Of a stretch of DNA of 64,000 bases, positions 8,723-16,104 are shown one piece after another. The number at the start of each line of letters is the position of its first letter. Position 1 is the stretch's first letter. The translations under genes and the position numbers were made by a program. The stretch comes from an uncultured virus (IMG/VR IMGVR_UViG_3300030098_001091). Its lineage: Duplodnaviria > Heunggongvirae > Uroviricota > Caudoviricetes. Below the pieces are notes generated by a model, which was not told the DNA's origin, searched no databases, and was given only the letters and a program-made list of their open reading frames with translations. The stretch is taken from the IMG/VR virus record IMGVR_UViG_3300030098_001091. One strand, given 5' to 3'.

Positions 8723-10417
8723 CTAGTGGCAATCCGCCCAATTATTTCCTATACGATATTCACCATCCATATCTACTACACATCCTAATCTTTTACCAGC
8801 ACTTTGGATTGCTTGGACTCCAAGCTCGCCAACCTCTTCAGCAATAGAAGGATCACATTCAAGCTGCCACTCATCGTGGACTGTCGCCATAAAGTTGTAC
8901 TTACCCTTATGTTTCTGAAGCAGGTGCTCAAAGATTGTTTGTGCAACTTTCATAATCATAGCTCCATCACCCTGAATCTGTACGTTCAAAGCTTTATGAG
9001 CAGACCGACAAGGTACCTCTCTCCCATCTAACAAGGTGAGAGTTCCCTTCTTTGCCACTTGAAACTTACAGTTATCAAGAAGTTTCTTCAAAGCAGGCAT
9101 CTCTTCTAGGTATCGTTCTTTAATACGCTTACCCTCACGAGATCCCTTACCAATAATCTTTCCTATCTTATCATTACCCGCACCATATATCAAGGCGTAA
9201 AAGAAAGTTTTACTGGAGTCTCTTGTAGGAAGACCAGCTTTATGTTGATTCACAGTATGGATATCATCATGTAAAACAACACGACCAAACTCTCCCTTGT
9301 CCCACGGTGCCATACGATTGGCAAGAAGCCTAGCCTCAAGACCAGAGGCATCGATACCCACCTGCTTCCATCCTTGTCGTGGAATGAACAGCGAGCGAGC
9401 ACGCTTGTCACCTGATACCTGCTGCAAGTTAGGCTGCGAAGCAGTCATCCTACCAGTCACAGTACCTTGGGTGTTGACGTTGCCGTGGATACGCCCGTCA
9501 CGACTTGTTGTCGCACGGTGAATCCAATCCTCAAGCATACCAAGTAGTTTAATAATATCAAAATACTTGACAAGCTCTTTGGCCTCATCCCAAGGTAGCT
9601 TCTTAAGCTCAGCAGAGTCAACCTTTGGGTTTCCCTTCTCGGTTTTAGATGGCTCCCACCCATACTTCTCACCCAGTCTCATAGCAATTTGCTGACGAGA
9701 TGCGGGATTGAAGTGAGTTACCTTATCCTTAAGACGTTTACCCGTCTTGTCGGACCAGCGTTCCTCAACAATGGGCGGGAAGATCTGACAAAGATTGTCT
9801 TCGATCTCCACCTTCTCCATAAGAAGATCCCGTTCCAATAGATCGGCAGCTTCTATATCAAAACCAAACCCAGTGTCTATTTGTTTGGCAATGATCCTTG
9901 CAAGAACATGCTCAAGTTTAATAGACTTGGGATACTTACTTACGAATTCCTTCTGTGCTTCGTAGATCTTGGTTGTTACTTCCACATCACGAACACAGTA
10001 GGTCATCATCTCTTCTGTGTATTCAGAGAAATCTTTGAAGTCAATCTTCTCCATACGCAGATGTCTGCCCCAGCACTCAAGGGAGTTACCCCCTAGTGGG
10101 TGGTCAAACTTGTCCGGATACATCATCCTAGACACAATCAGGGTGTCGTAAGATGGTGTATCGATTGGACCAAAGAACCTCTCTAGCATTGGAATATCAT
10201 ACATCATAATGTTATGACCAATAATAAGCCGAGCATTACGAAGCATGTTAACTCCATCAGCAATAGAGTCCGGGCCAAACCTATAGACCTTGGATGGATT
10301 ATCAACATCCTGTATTACCATACAGAATATTTCTTGACCCTCAGGAATTGGGCAGCCCTTCTTGTTGATAACGACTTCGTTCAAGCCGTCAGCCTCTATG
10401 TCAAAGGCGAGCTTCAT
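8723..10417 (-). CDS. Family A DNA polymerase with 3'-5' exonuclease (T7 gp5-like)
   Basis: ExoI FDIEADG, ExoII GHNIMMYD, ExoIII YCVRDV, TVTGR, motif A GIDASGLEAR, motif B RDSSKTFFYALIYG, motif C VHDE. SD-supported start at 10417; the ORF track extends it to 10447. Confidence 0.95.
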   Translation of the reverse strand: MKLAFDIEADGLNEVVINKKGCPIPEGQEIFCMVIQDVDNPSKVYRFGPDSIADGVNMLRNARLIIGHNIMMYDIPMLERFFGPIDTPSYDTLIVSRMMYPDKFDHPLGGNSLECWGRHLRMEKIDFKDFSEYTEEMMTYCVRDVEVTTKIYEAQKEFVSKYPKSIKLEHVLARIIAKQIDTGFGFDIEAADLLERDLLMEKVEIEDNLCQIFPPIVEERWSDKTGKRLKDKVTHFNPASRQQIAMRLGEKYGWEPSKTEKGNPKVDSAELKKLPWDEAKELVKYFDIIKLLGMLEDWIHRATTSRDGRIHGNVNTQGTVTGRMTASQPNLQQVSGDKRARSLFIPRQGWKQVGIDASGLEARLLANRMAPWDKGEFGRVVLHDDIHTVNQHKAGLPTRDSSKTFFYALIYGAGNDKIGKIIGKGSREGKRIKERYLEEMPALKKLLDNCKFQVAKKGTLTLLDGREVPCRSAHKALNVQIQGDGAMIMKVAQTIFEHLLQKHKGKYNFMATVHDEWQLECDPSIAEEVGELGVQAIQSAGKRLGCVVDMDGEYRIGNNWADCH

Positions 10418-10427
10418 TTTATTTCTC

Positions 10428-10844
10428 CTAGTACTTAGATTTACCAAGCGTTAGCTCTGCATGTCTAAGCTGTTCCACTTCTGATTTCACATCATACAAT
10501 AGCACATCAGTTTCCGTTACGCCTAGTTCGTATAGAACATGCCACCTTTGACATCCTGAAACCAGATGGTAAGGTCGCTTGAATAGTTCATACTCCCTAG
10601 TATCATTACGGAATCTCTGCTCCATTTTATCATGCCTTGCTCTATGATCTCCGTTCCACTTTAACTTAACTTCGGGAACCTTAAAACCAACCAGCGGATT
10701 AATAAGACCTGTGTCTTTAATACTGTTTAGTATATCAATGTTTAAGGTGTTATGATAATGGTGGATAGGGAATGTATCATCCAACAAGACCCGAGTGACT
10801 ACCCGGCCCTCAAACTCTTTGAGCTGTGAGGGTAGGTAGGTCAC
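10428..10844 (-). CDS. ParB/Srx-like N-terminal domain protein
   Basis: LNSIKDTGLINPL ... YHLVSGCQRWHVLYELG matches the ParBc pattern SIxxxGxxxP ... lvxGxxR. Confidence 0.6.
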   Translation of the reverse strand: MTYLPSQLKEFEGRVVTRVLLDDTFPIHHYHNTLNIDILNSIKDTGLINPLVGFKVPEVKLKWNGDHRARHDKMEQRFRNDTREYELFKRPYHLVSGCQRWHVLYELGVTETDVLLYDVKSEVEQLRHAELTLGKSKY

Positions 10845-12559
10845 ACGTCAGACGATGAATCGGTTAGAATCTTTCCATCATCTCCAAGAGCAAAGTCAAT
10901 CTCCTTAAGTCGACCAGTTCCGTGGTCAAACAGAAGGCATGTAGCTACTCCAGATCTACCAGTGAGCCTGTTCTTTAGAACACGAACAGTAGTAGTGTTG
11001 GCGATAGCATGGTCAGGGTTCTGCCTGTCACGCTCAAGAGCAATGACTGTGTTGGGTACACTGGCAAGAGAGCCAGAGCCACGCAGATCCTGAAGGGTAA
11101 TGCGATCACCCTCTTCATATGCCTTGACTGTCTTCTTAAGCTGAGAGACAACATCAATTCGAACACCAGTTCTTGATACCAAGGACCGAAGCTCTTTCAT
11201 AATGTTATCTATAAGTAACCGTTCCGACGATCCTCCGTCAAAGTCAGTGTCTGAACTAAGCAGACCAGCAGCAGCGGCGGTAATATGATCGAGAACAATA
11301 ACATCAACACCAAGAGATACAGCCATGAACTCAATACGAGCACACAGATTTTGAAGACCTGAATTACCAAGGTGATCATAGATGTACAAGGAGTTTGCTT
11401 CCAATTGCTTTCGTGCATAGGCATACTCCTCATCTGTAAGGTCATCAATGATATCAATATCAATAGGATCCTTACCTAGTTTAACTCTTAACTCATTCAT
11501 AATCTTCTTTGCTCGAATAGCTCGAACAGGTTTGTTGATCATGAGTGATACCATATCATCCACAGTTTCCTGAGGTGATTCTTCAAGCATGATAGCACCA
11601 ACACTACGTCCTTCGACTAAGTGATGATGAATGATCTCACGCAGGATAGTAGACTTGCCACTCCCAGTGCCGCTAGCCCAAAGAGTAATCTCTCCACTAC
11701 GCTGGCCAAGAAGGAACTCAGATAGGTTGTCAAAGGGAAAGGGATAGACTCTGGGGTCAACCATTCCTTCGTTAATAACCTGAGACACATGGACAATCTC
11801 ATCTGGTGAGTATTGCTGTGCTTCCCACATGGCATTGATAACAGCCTTGCCTTGATTATTCATCAAACAATCGTTGGCATCCTTGTAAGGAAGCTTAGCA
11901 ACCTTACACTTACCGGGTGGTAACAGATCAGCGACAGCCTTGACTGCCTCCTGTCCTGCCTCATCCTGATCGAACATCAAGATAACTTCCTTGTAGCTAC
12001 ATACAAACTCAAGGTTATCCTTGATAGCACGAGCGGCACCAGCGGCACCGTTAGGAAGAGAGACAACAGGGTACTTGTTACCGTTGAGTTGACTGACTGT
12101 CATACAGTCTAGCTCACCCTCAGTAATAACAATCATCCGGCCACCGTTCTTCTTGAACAGGTGCTGTCCCCACAAGGGAACACCAGATGTTTCGCCTCGC
12201 CATTGGAAAGTCTTGTTAGGACCACGCAGTTTCTGTGCAATCTTAACACCATCCCGATAGAACGAAGCAATCTCTACACGCTTACCATCCTTCTCAATGG
12301 TTTCGTAGTCGTACTTGCGTACAGTTTCATCAGTAATCTTTCGACCACCAATGGCCTGAAGTTTACCACTAAGGAACTTCAGGCCATTGGTAGCGGGGGG
12401 TTGTTCAGACATCACTTTAGATGTACCTCCACTTTCATAATATCTACAAGAGTAACAGAACTTATGACCATCATCATAGATTGCTAAGTTGTCACCCTTC
12501 GTATCTTCACCCTTCGCAGCACAGGCTGGACACCTGTCCCGTTCAATAACTTTAGACAT
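10841..12559 (-). CDS. Primase-helicase (T7 gp4-like)
   Basis: Zn finger CPAC...CYSC, TOPRIM ITEGELD and FDQDEAG, Walker A SGTGSGKS, LDH, DLRGSG, VLKNRLTG. Confidence 0.95.
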   Translation of the reverse strand: MSKVIERDRCPACAAKGEDTKGDNLAIYDDGHKFCYSCRYYESGGTSKVMSEQPPATNGLKFLSGKLQAIGGRKITDETVRKYDYETIEKDGKRVEIASFYRDGVKIAQKLRGPNKTFQWRGETSGVPLWGQHLFKKNGGRMIVITEGELDCMTVSQLNGNKYPVVSLPNGAAGAARAIKDNLEFVCSYKEVILMFDQDEAGQEAVKAVADLLPPGKCKVAKLPYKDANDCLMNNQGKAVINAMWEAQQYSPDEIVHVSQVINEGMVDPRVYPFPFDNLSEFLLGQRSGEITLWASGTGSGKSTILREIIHHHLVEGRSVGAIMLEESPQETVDDMVSLMINKPVRAIRAKKIMNELRVKLGKDPIDIDIIDDLTDEEYAYARKQLEANSLYIYDHLGNSGLQNLCARIEFMAVSLGVDVIVLDHITAAAAGLLSSDTDFDGGSSERLLIDNIMKELRSLVSRTGVRIDVVSQLKKTVKAYEEGDRITLQDLRGSGSLASVPNTVIALERDRQNPDHAIANTTTVRVLKNRLTGRSGVATCLLFDHGTGRLKEIDFALGDDGKILTDSSSDV

Positions 12560-12567
12560 TTAAATCC

Positions 12568-12708
12568 TCACTTCATCTTGCAGTCACACTTTGTCCACGG
12601 CATCTTGCAGTACAGCCACGTCATCAAAGGACGGCCCATCCATGCACCAGCAGAGAACATCATCACAGAATAAAAGATAGTACCAAGTGTGCTATTAATC
12701 CATTCCAT
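12568..12708 (-). CDS. Small membrane peptide (46 aa)
   Basis: Hand-translated MEWINSTLGTIFYSVMMFSAGAWMGRPLMTWLYCKMPWTKCDCKMK. AAGGAG SD; exactly fills the gap between genes. Confidence 0.55.
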   Translation of the reverse strand: MEWINSTLGTIFYSVMMFSAGAWMGRPLMTWLYCKMPWTKCDCKMK

Positions 12709-13097
12709 CATAGTTTCATCTCCTTAAATTTGATCTCGTCATCGTTGACGATTTTCCAAACAATCTTTCCTGTCCATGCTAGACTGATCGCACCAGTGCA
12801 GATAGCAACGGGCAGGAAGAACCAACCACCATACAGGGCAAGCGCCCAGTTAATGGCTATGAAAATTATACCACCAATCAGTGGCCTCCACCCCATAGAT
12901 CCTCGGGTGATGACCAGTAAGATCATACCAGCAATGAGGCACAGTCCTCCGATCCACCCAAGCATGGGGGAGCAGGCACTGGACTCTGACACAGCTGTCA
13001 TCGCCCCATCTGGTACGCTCACATTCGGGATGTAGCTGGTGGCCTTGCATCCCACTAGTGTACACGCTGCCAACGCCAATGTCAATAGTTTAATCAT
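12708..13097 (-). CDS. Lipoprotein-signal membrane protein
   Basis: Lipobox LVGC at residues 14-17, followed by about three hydrophobic helices. Confidence 0.6.
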   Translation of the reverse strand: MIKLLTLALAACTLVGCKATSYIPNVSVPDGAMTAVSESSACSPMLGWIGGLCLIAGMILLVITRGSMGWRPLIGGIIFIAINWALALYGGWFFLPVAICTGAISLAWTGKIVWKIVNDDEIKFKEMKL

Positions 13098-13290
13098 CGA
13101 GATCCTCCCCTTTCATGAATCTTGTTAACCGATCCTCAGTTTTTTCGTCCGCGTCCTCTGATTCCGTACTTGTTTTTCTTTGATTTCCGAGGTTTGCCTT
13201 TCGTCTTTCCCCTGAAGTGAAGGCCTCCTCCCATTCCTTTCTTAGCCATTCGAAGTGCTCCTGTTCATTCATAGTATACCCAAACTCCAC
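13090..13290 (-). CDS. Hypothetical protein
   Basis: Small ORF in tight operon packing; start may be the second Met (MNEQEHF). Confidence 0.45.
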   Translation of the reverse strand: MEFGYTMNEQEHFEWLRKEWEEAFTSGERRKANLGNQRKTSTESEDADEKTEDRLTRFMKGEDLDD

Positions 13291-13592
13291 ATTAAGTCTG
13301 CTAGTTTATATTGAAGACTGTTTGCTTCAGCCTCCCCGTCATCCTCTTCGTCTCGTTTAGACTCGTGGATCCATTGCTTTACGTGAAGCATCTCGTGAAT
13401 TACAGTAGCAACTGTGTCACGAATGCACATCATGGGATGGATGGTTATCTCAAAGGTGATGTCATTAATACGCTCACACTCAGCCCAACAATCACCCATA
13501 TGTCTACGCTTATAGTTAATGATGTAATCGGAATTGATATTGAAACACCCCCGACACCATTCAATAGTCTTCTCGATTACTTCTTCATTCAT
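13269..13592 (-). CDS. Small zincin-like metallopeptidase domain protein
   Basis: TVIHEMLHVKQW (HEXXH) with a downstream E in GEAEA; likely start MNEEVIEK. Confidence 0.65.
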   Translation of the reverse strand: MNEEVIEKTIEWCRGCFNINSDYIINYKRRHMGDCWAECERINDITFEITIHPMMCIRDTVATVIHEMLHVKQWIHESKRDEEDDGEAEANSLQYKLADLMWSLGIL

Positions 13593-13710
13593 AATCTTCT
13601 TCGGCCTCCCACTCATCGATCATATCCTGATCTACAATCATATCAATCTGATCATCATAACAATCATCATAAGATGCATACTCTGTATAATAGTATTCTT
13701 CTGGATTCAT
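13585..13710 (-). CDS. Hyper-acidic 41-aa peptide
   Basis: Hand-translated MNPEEYYYTEYASYDDCYDDQIDMIVDQDMIDEWEAEEDYE; its stop overlaps the next start. Confidence 0.45.
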   Translation of the reverse strand: MNPEEYYYTEYASYDDCYDDQIDMIVDQDMIDEWEAEEDYE

Positions 13711-13794
13711 TAGCAGTACCAAGTCCTTGTAATTTGCAATATGATTATTGCTTGTGTCCACCAAAATGTTCTGTCTTTCATATTCATTCCTTAA

Positions 13795-13867
13795 TAGGCT
13801 GGGTCGGATTCGAACCGACGACTTACTCGTTATGAGCGAGGTGCTCTAACCGCTGAGCTACCAGCCC
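13795..13867 (-). tRNA. tRNA with CAT anticodon (Ile2 or elongator Met)
   Basis: GGGCTGG/CCAGCCT acceptor, TAGCTCAGCGGTTAGAGC D-arm, CTCATAA anticodon loop, GGTTCGAATCC T-arm; no encoded CCA. Confidence 0.9.
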
Positions 13868-13872
13868 AGCAA

Positions 13873-13945
13873 TAGCTCCGGTGGGACTCGAACCCACACT
13901 GTATGGATTTTAAGTCCACTGCCTCTGCCATTGGGCTACGGAGCC
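13873..13945 (-). tRNA. tRNA-Leu(TAA), short variable loop
   Basis: GGCTCCG/CGGAGCT acceptor, GTGGA-CTTAAAA-TCCAT anticodon arm, GGTTCGAGTCC T-arm. Confidence 0.9.
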
Positions 13946-14052
13946 TTACTGAAGTTGACCCTTGGTGAGCAGCAGGGGGTTTGTTTTATAGTTCACCTTA
14001 TCCCTGATTTGCGGTGGGTAACTAATCCATCCTTCAACACTACTCACACAAA

Positions 14053-14125
14053 CACTCCCGGCACGACTCGAACGTGCGACCTACGGTTTAGAAGACCGTT
14101 GCTCTATCCACTGAGCTACGGGAGC
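14053..14125 (-). tRNA. tRNA-Arg(TCT)
   Basis: GCTCCCG/CGGGAGT acceptor, ACGGT-CTTCTAA-ACCGT anticodon arm, GTTCGAGTC T-loop. Confidence 0.92.
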
Positions 14126-14496
14126 AAATCTACTCCAACCGTAAAGTACCCGTCCTCACCCACCTCTGCCCATTGCTTAGTGGCGTAGACTGATTGAATA
14201 ATATTATCATCGACCCAAAGTTTCTTGTTCAAAGAATCGAACACAGCCTTGAGAAAGTTATCAATGTCGGCCTTAGGCATAACCAATTTAGTAGTCTTAG
14301 GCCTACGGATAAACAACTCAACGTCAACCTTGATAGGCTGTTCATAAGGCTGAAAGTCAGGGCCGAGTACGAACTCAATAATATCAACGCACTCACTCCT
14401 AAATGTTTTATAGGGGCCAGCGAAGTAAGCCCCGTGTCGTGAGACACGAGGCCTACTTGCTGCGACGGGACTGATTGGGAAAACCCACTCAGGCAT
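14116..14496 (-). CDS. rusA: RusA-like Holliday junction resolvase
   Basis: PVAASRPR, PKADIDNFLKAVFDSLN, WVDDNII. Confidence 0.85.
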   Translation of the reverse strand: MPEWVFPISPVAASRPRVSRHGAYFAGPYKTFRSECVDIIEFVLGPDFQPYEQPIKVDVELFIRRPKTTKLVMPKADIDNFLKAVFDSLNKKLWVDDNIIQSVYATKQWAEVGEDGYFTVGVDLLP

Positions 14497-15023
14497 CAGA
14501 AGGGGAGATCATCGTCCTGCTCATCCTCTTCCGAAGATGATTCAGGTGCTTTATAATCTGATCCATCGAAACCATCAGTGGCTTCGAAGCCTCCCGTAGC
14601 CATGGTCGAGCGGTCATTCTTCTCAATGATTTGAACACCATTAAGATAAAGACTGATGCTGTCATCACGGGTAAGCATGGCTGGTGCGAGTCGCAACCGA
14701 ACCTTGTCACCACCAAACGGCACAGCCTCAGTACGCTGAGCCGCAGCGTCACGGCAAGGGAATACATCCACACCCTTCTTGACCAGAGTCTTGGACTTGG
14801 CCTTCAAGAGCGTGCGGCCCTCATCATCGGTACGCATACCGTTGATCTTCTTGGCACCAGTTTCTTTGACGATAGAGTCAAGCCTCTTCTGAAGCTCCTT
14901 GTCCACAACAATAGTAATGTTGTGGTTGGCGGTGTCTGCACCAAACTTATCGTCAGGCTTGTGAAGGTGAGCCCAAGCCACATCCACAGTTTCTGTAGTA
15001 AAAGGATTAATCTTCGTTGTCAT
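14496..15023 (-). CDS. Single-stranded DNA-binding protein (T7 gp2.5-like)
   Basis: WAHLHKPDDKFG, ISLYLNGVQII and an acidic tail ending DDDLPF. SD-supported start near 15023. Confidence 0.85.
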   Translation of the reverse strand: MTTKINPFTTETVDVAWAHLHKPDDKFGADTANHNITIVVDKELQKRLDSIVKETGAKKINGMRTDDEGRTLLKAKSKTLVKKGVDVFPCRDAAAQRTEAVPFGGDKVRLRLAPAMLTRDDSISLYLNGVQIIEKNDRSTMATGGFEATDGFDGSDYKAPESSSEEDEQDDDLPF

Positions 15024-15204
15024 CACTGTTTTCACTCCTGTCGGTACTATTGGACAGTTCGCCCATCGTACTATTAATTCCATTCACAATTGAGAGCATG
15101 GCAACAACTACCTGCTCCATAAAAGTCTTCACGTCATCGACCTTGCAGAACATAGGCTCATCGGCCTGTGTCTCATCGGTCTTTGCTTCTGTTTCAGTAC
15201 TCAA
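15007..15204 (-). CDS. Hypothetical protein
   Basis: 65 aa, overlaps the stop of the upstream gene; GGAG SD. Confidence 0.45.
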   Translation of the reverse strand: MSTETEAKTDETQADEPMFCKVDDVKTFMEQVVVAMLSIVNGINSTMGELSNSTDRSENSDDNED

Positions 15205-15857
15205 TCCATTATCTCCATATAAGGTTTTCCTTCGATTACTACGCCAGCCCCGTTGACTGGCTTCTTTAAGAAGTTGCGACCATAATACATCAGCTTATGG
15301 TTCCTGTCAACTCCATTCGGTACATTAAATCCAAATATTTTGTTGTGGTTAGGACCACAGGTGAAGTTAATCCCACCCACCGAGTGGACATGGCCAGAAA
15401 CTACACTGTTACCCATGGCTCTAGCAATGTTTAGTGCTGGTGTAGCACCAGACGAACCAGTTCCGTGTGTATAGTACACACCATCGATCATAAACTCATG
15501 TCCCCACTCCCAGTGAGGGGTTCCGTACACGGTGTTATAATCTTTAAGGTACATTGAGGGAATACCAGACGCAGCAGCAAGTCGATGGACTCGCTCATCA
15601 TGATTCCCAATACATACCTTTGCATCCCTGAAATATTTTTTCCAATCTTTTAGAGATTCCATAACTGAACCATACTCTTGTTGAGCAGCCTCAGCTTCGG
15701 GATGTTTGTTGTGAAAAGAAATAGCATGGTGATCGATAACATCACCAATGAACACGGTCATGTTTGTCTTATACTTTTTCTTTAGATCTCTACAGAACTG
15801 AAGGTAATCCTCACGCTCTGCGGGTAGGTGTAAGTCACCTATGACTAAGATTCTCAT
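15201..15857 (-). CDS. Calcineurin-like metallophosphoesterase
   Basis: GDLH, GDVID, GNHD, THG, GHVH motifs. Confidence 0.88.
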   Translation of the reverse strand: MRILVIGDLHLPAEREDYLQFCRDLKKKYKTNMTVFIGDVIDHHAISFHNKHPEAEAAQQEYGSVMESLKDWKKYFRDAKVCIGNHDERVHRLAAASGIPSMYLKDYNTVYGTPHWEWGHEFMIDGVYYTHGTGSSGATPALNIARAMGNSVVSGHVHSVGGINFTCGPNHNKIFGFNVPNGVDRNHKLMYYGRNFLKKPVNGAGVVIEGKPYMEIMD

Positions 15858-15867
15858 TGTTTATTCC

Positions 15868-16095
15868 TCAATCATCAGGAATACCAAGTGTAATATCTAA
15901 GTTATTATCTCTTGGCACCCTATTAATTACAAAACTTTGAAACAAATTCTCCATGAATATATGCATCATACCAGCACTAGGGAAAATGATCCCCAGTTTC
16001 TTCTCACTACCCGGACTAAGGGCTAGCTCTGTTACATACTTAATGTTTCTTTCTAAATCACCTTCACTACTGATAACTAAATTTGTCTTCGGCAT
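15868..16095 (-). CDS. Hypothetical protein
   Basis: 75 aa with AGGAGG SD, directly after the RNA polymerase. Confidence 0.55.
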   Translation of the reverse strand: MPKTNLVISSEGDLERNIKYVTELALSPGSEKKLGIIFPSAGMMHIFMENLFQSFVINRVPRDNNLDITLGIPDD

Positions 16096-16104
16096 GGTCC
16101 CCTC

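Noticed and set aside
13795..14125. tRNAs as a prophage attachment site
   Set aside because: They sit mid-operon among phage genes; no integrase or host genes are present.
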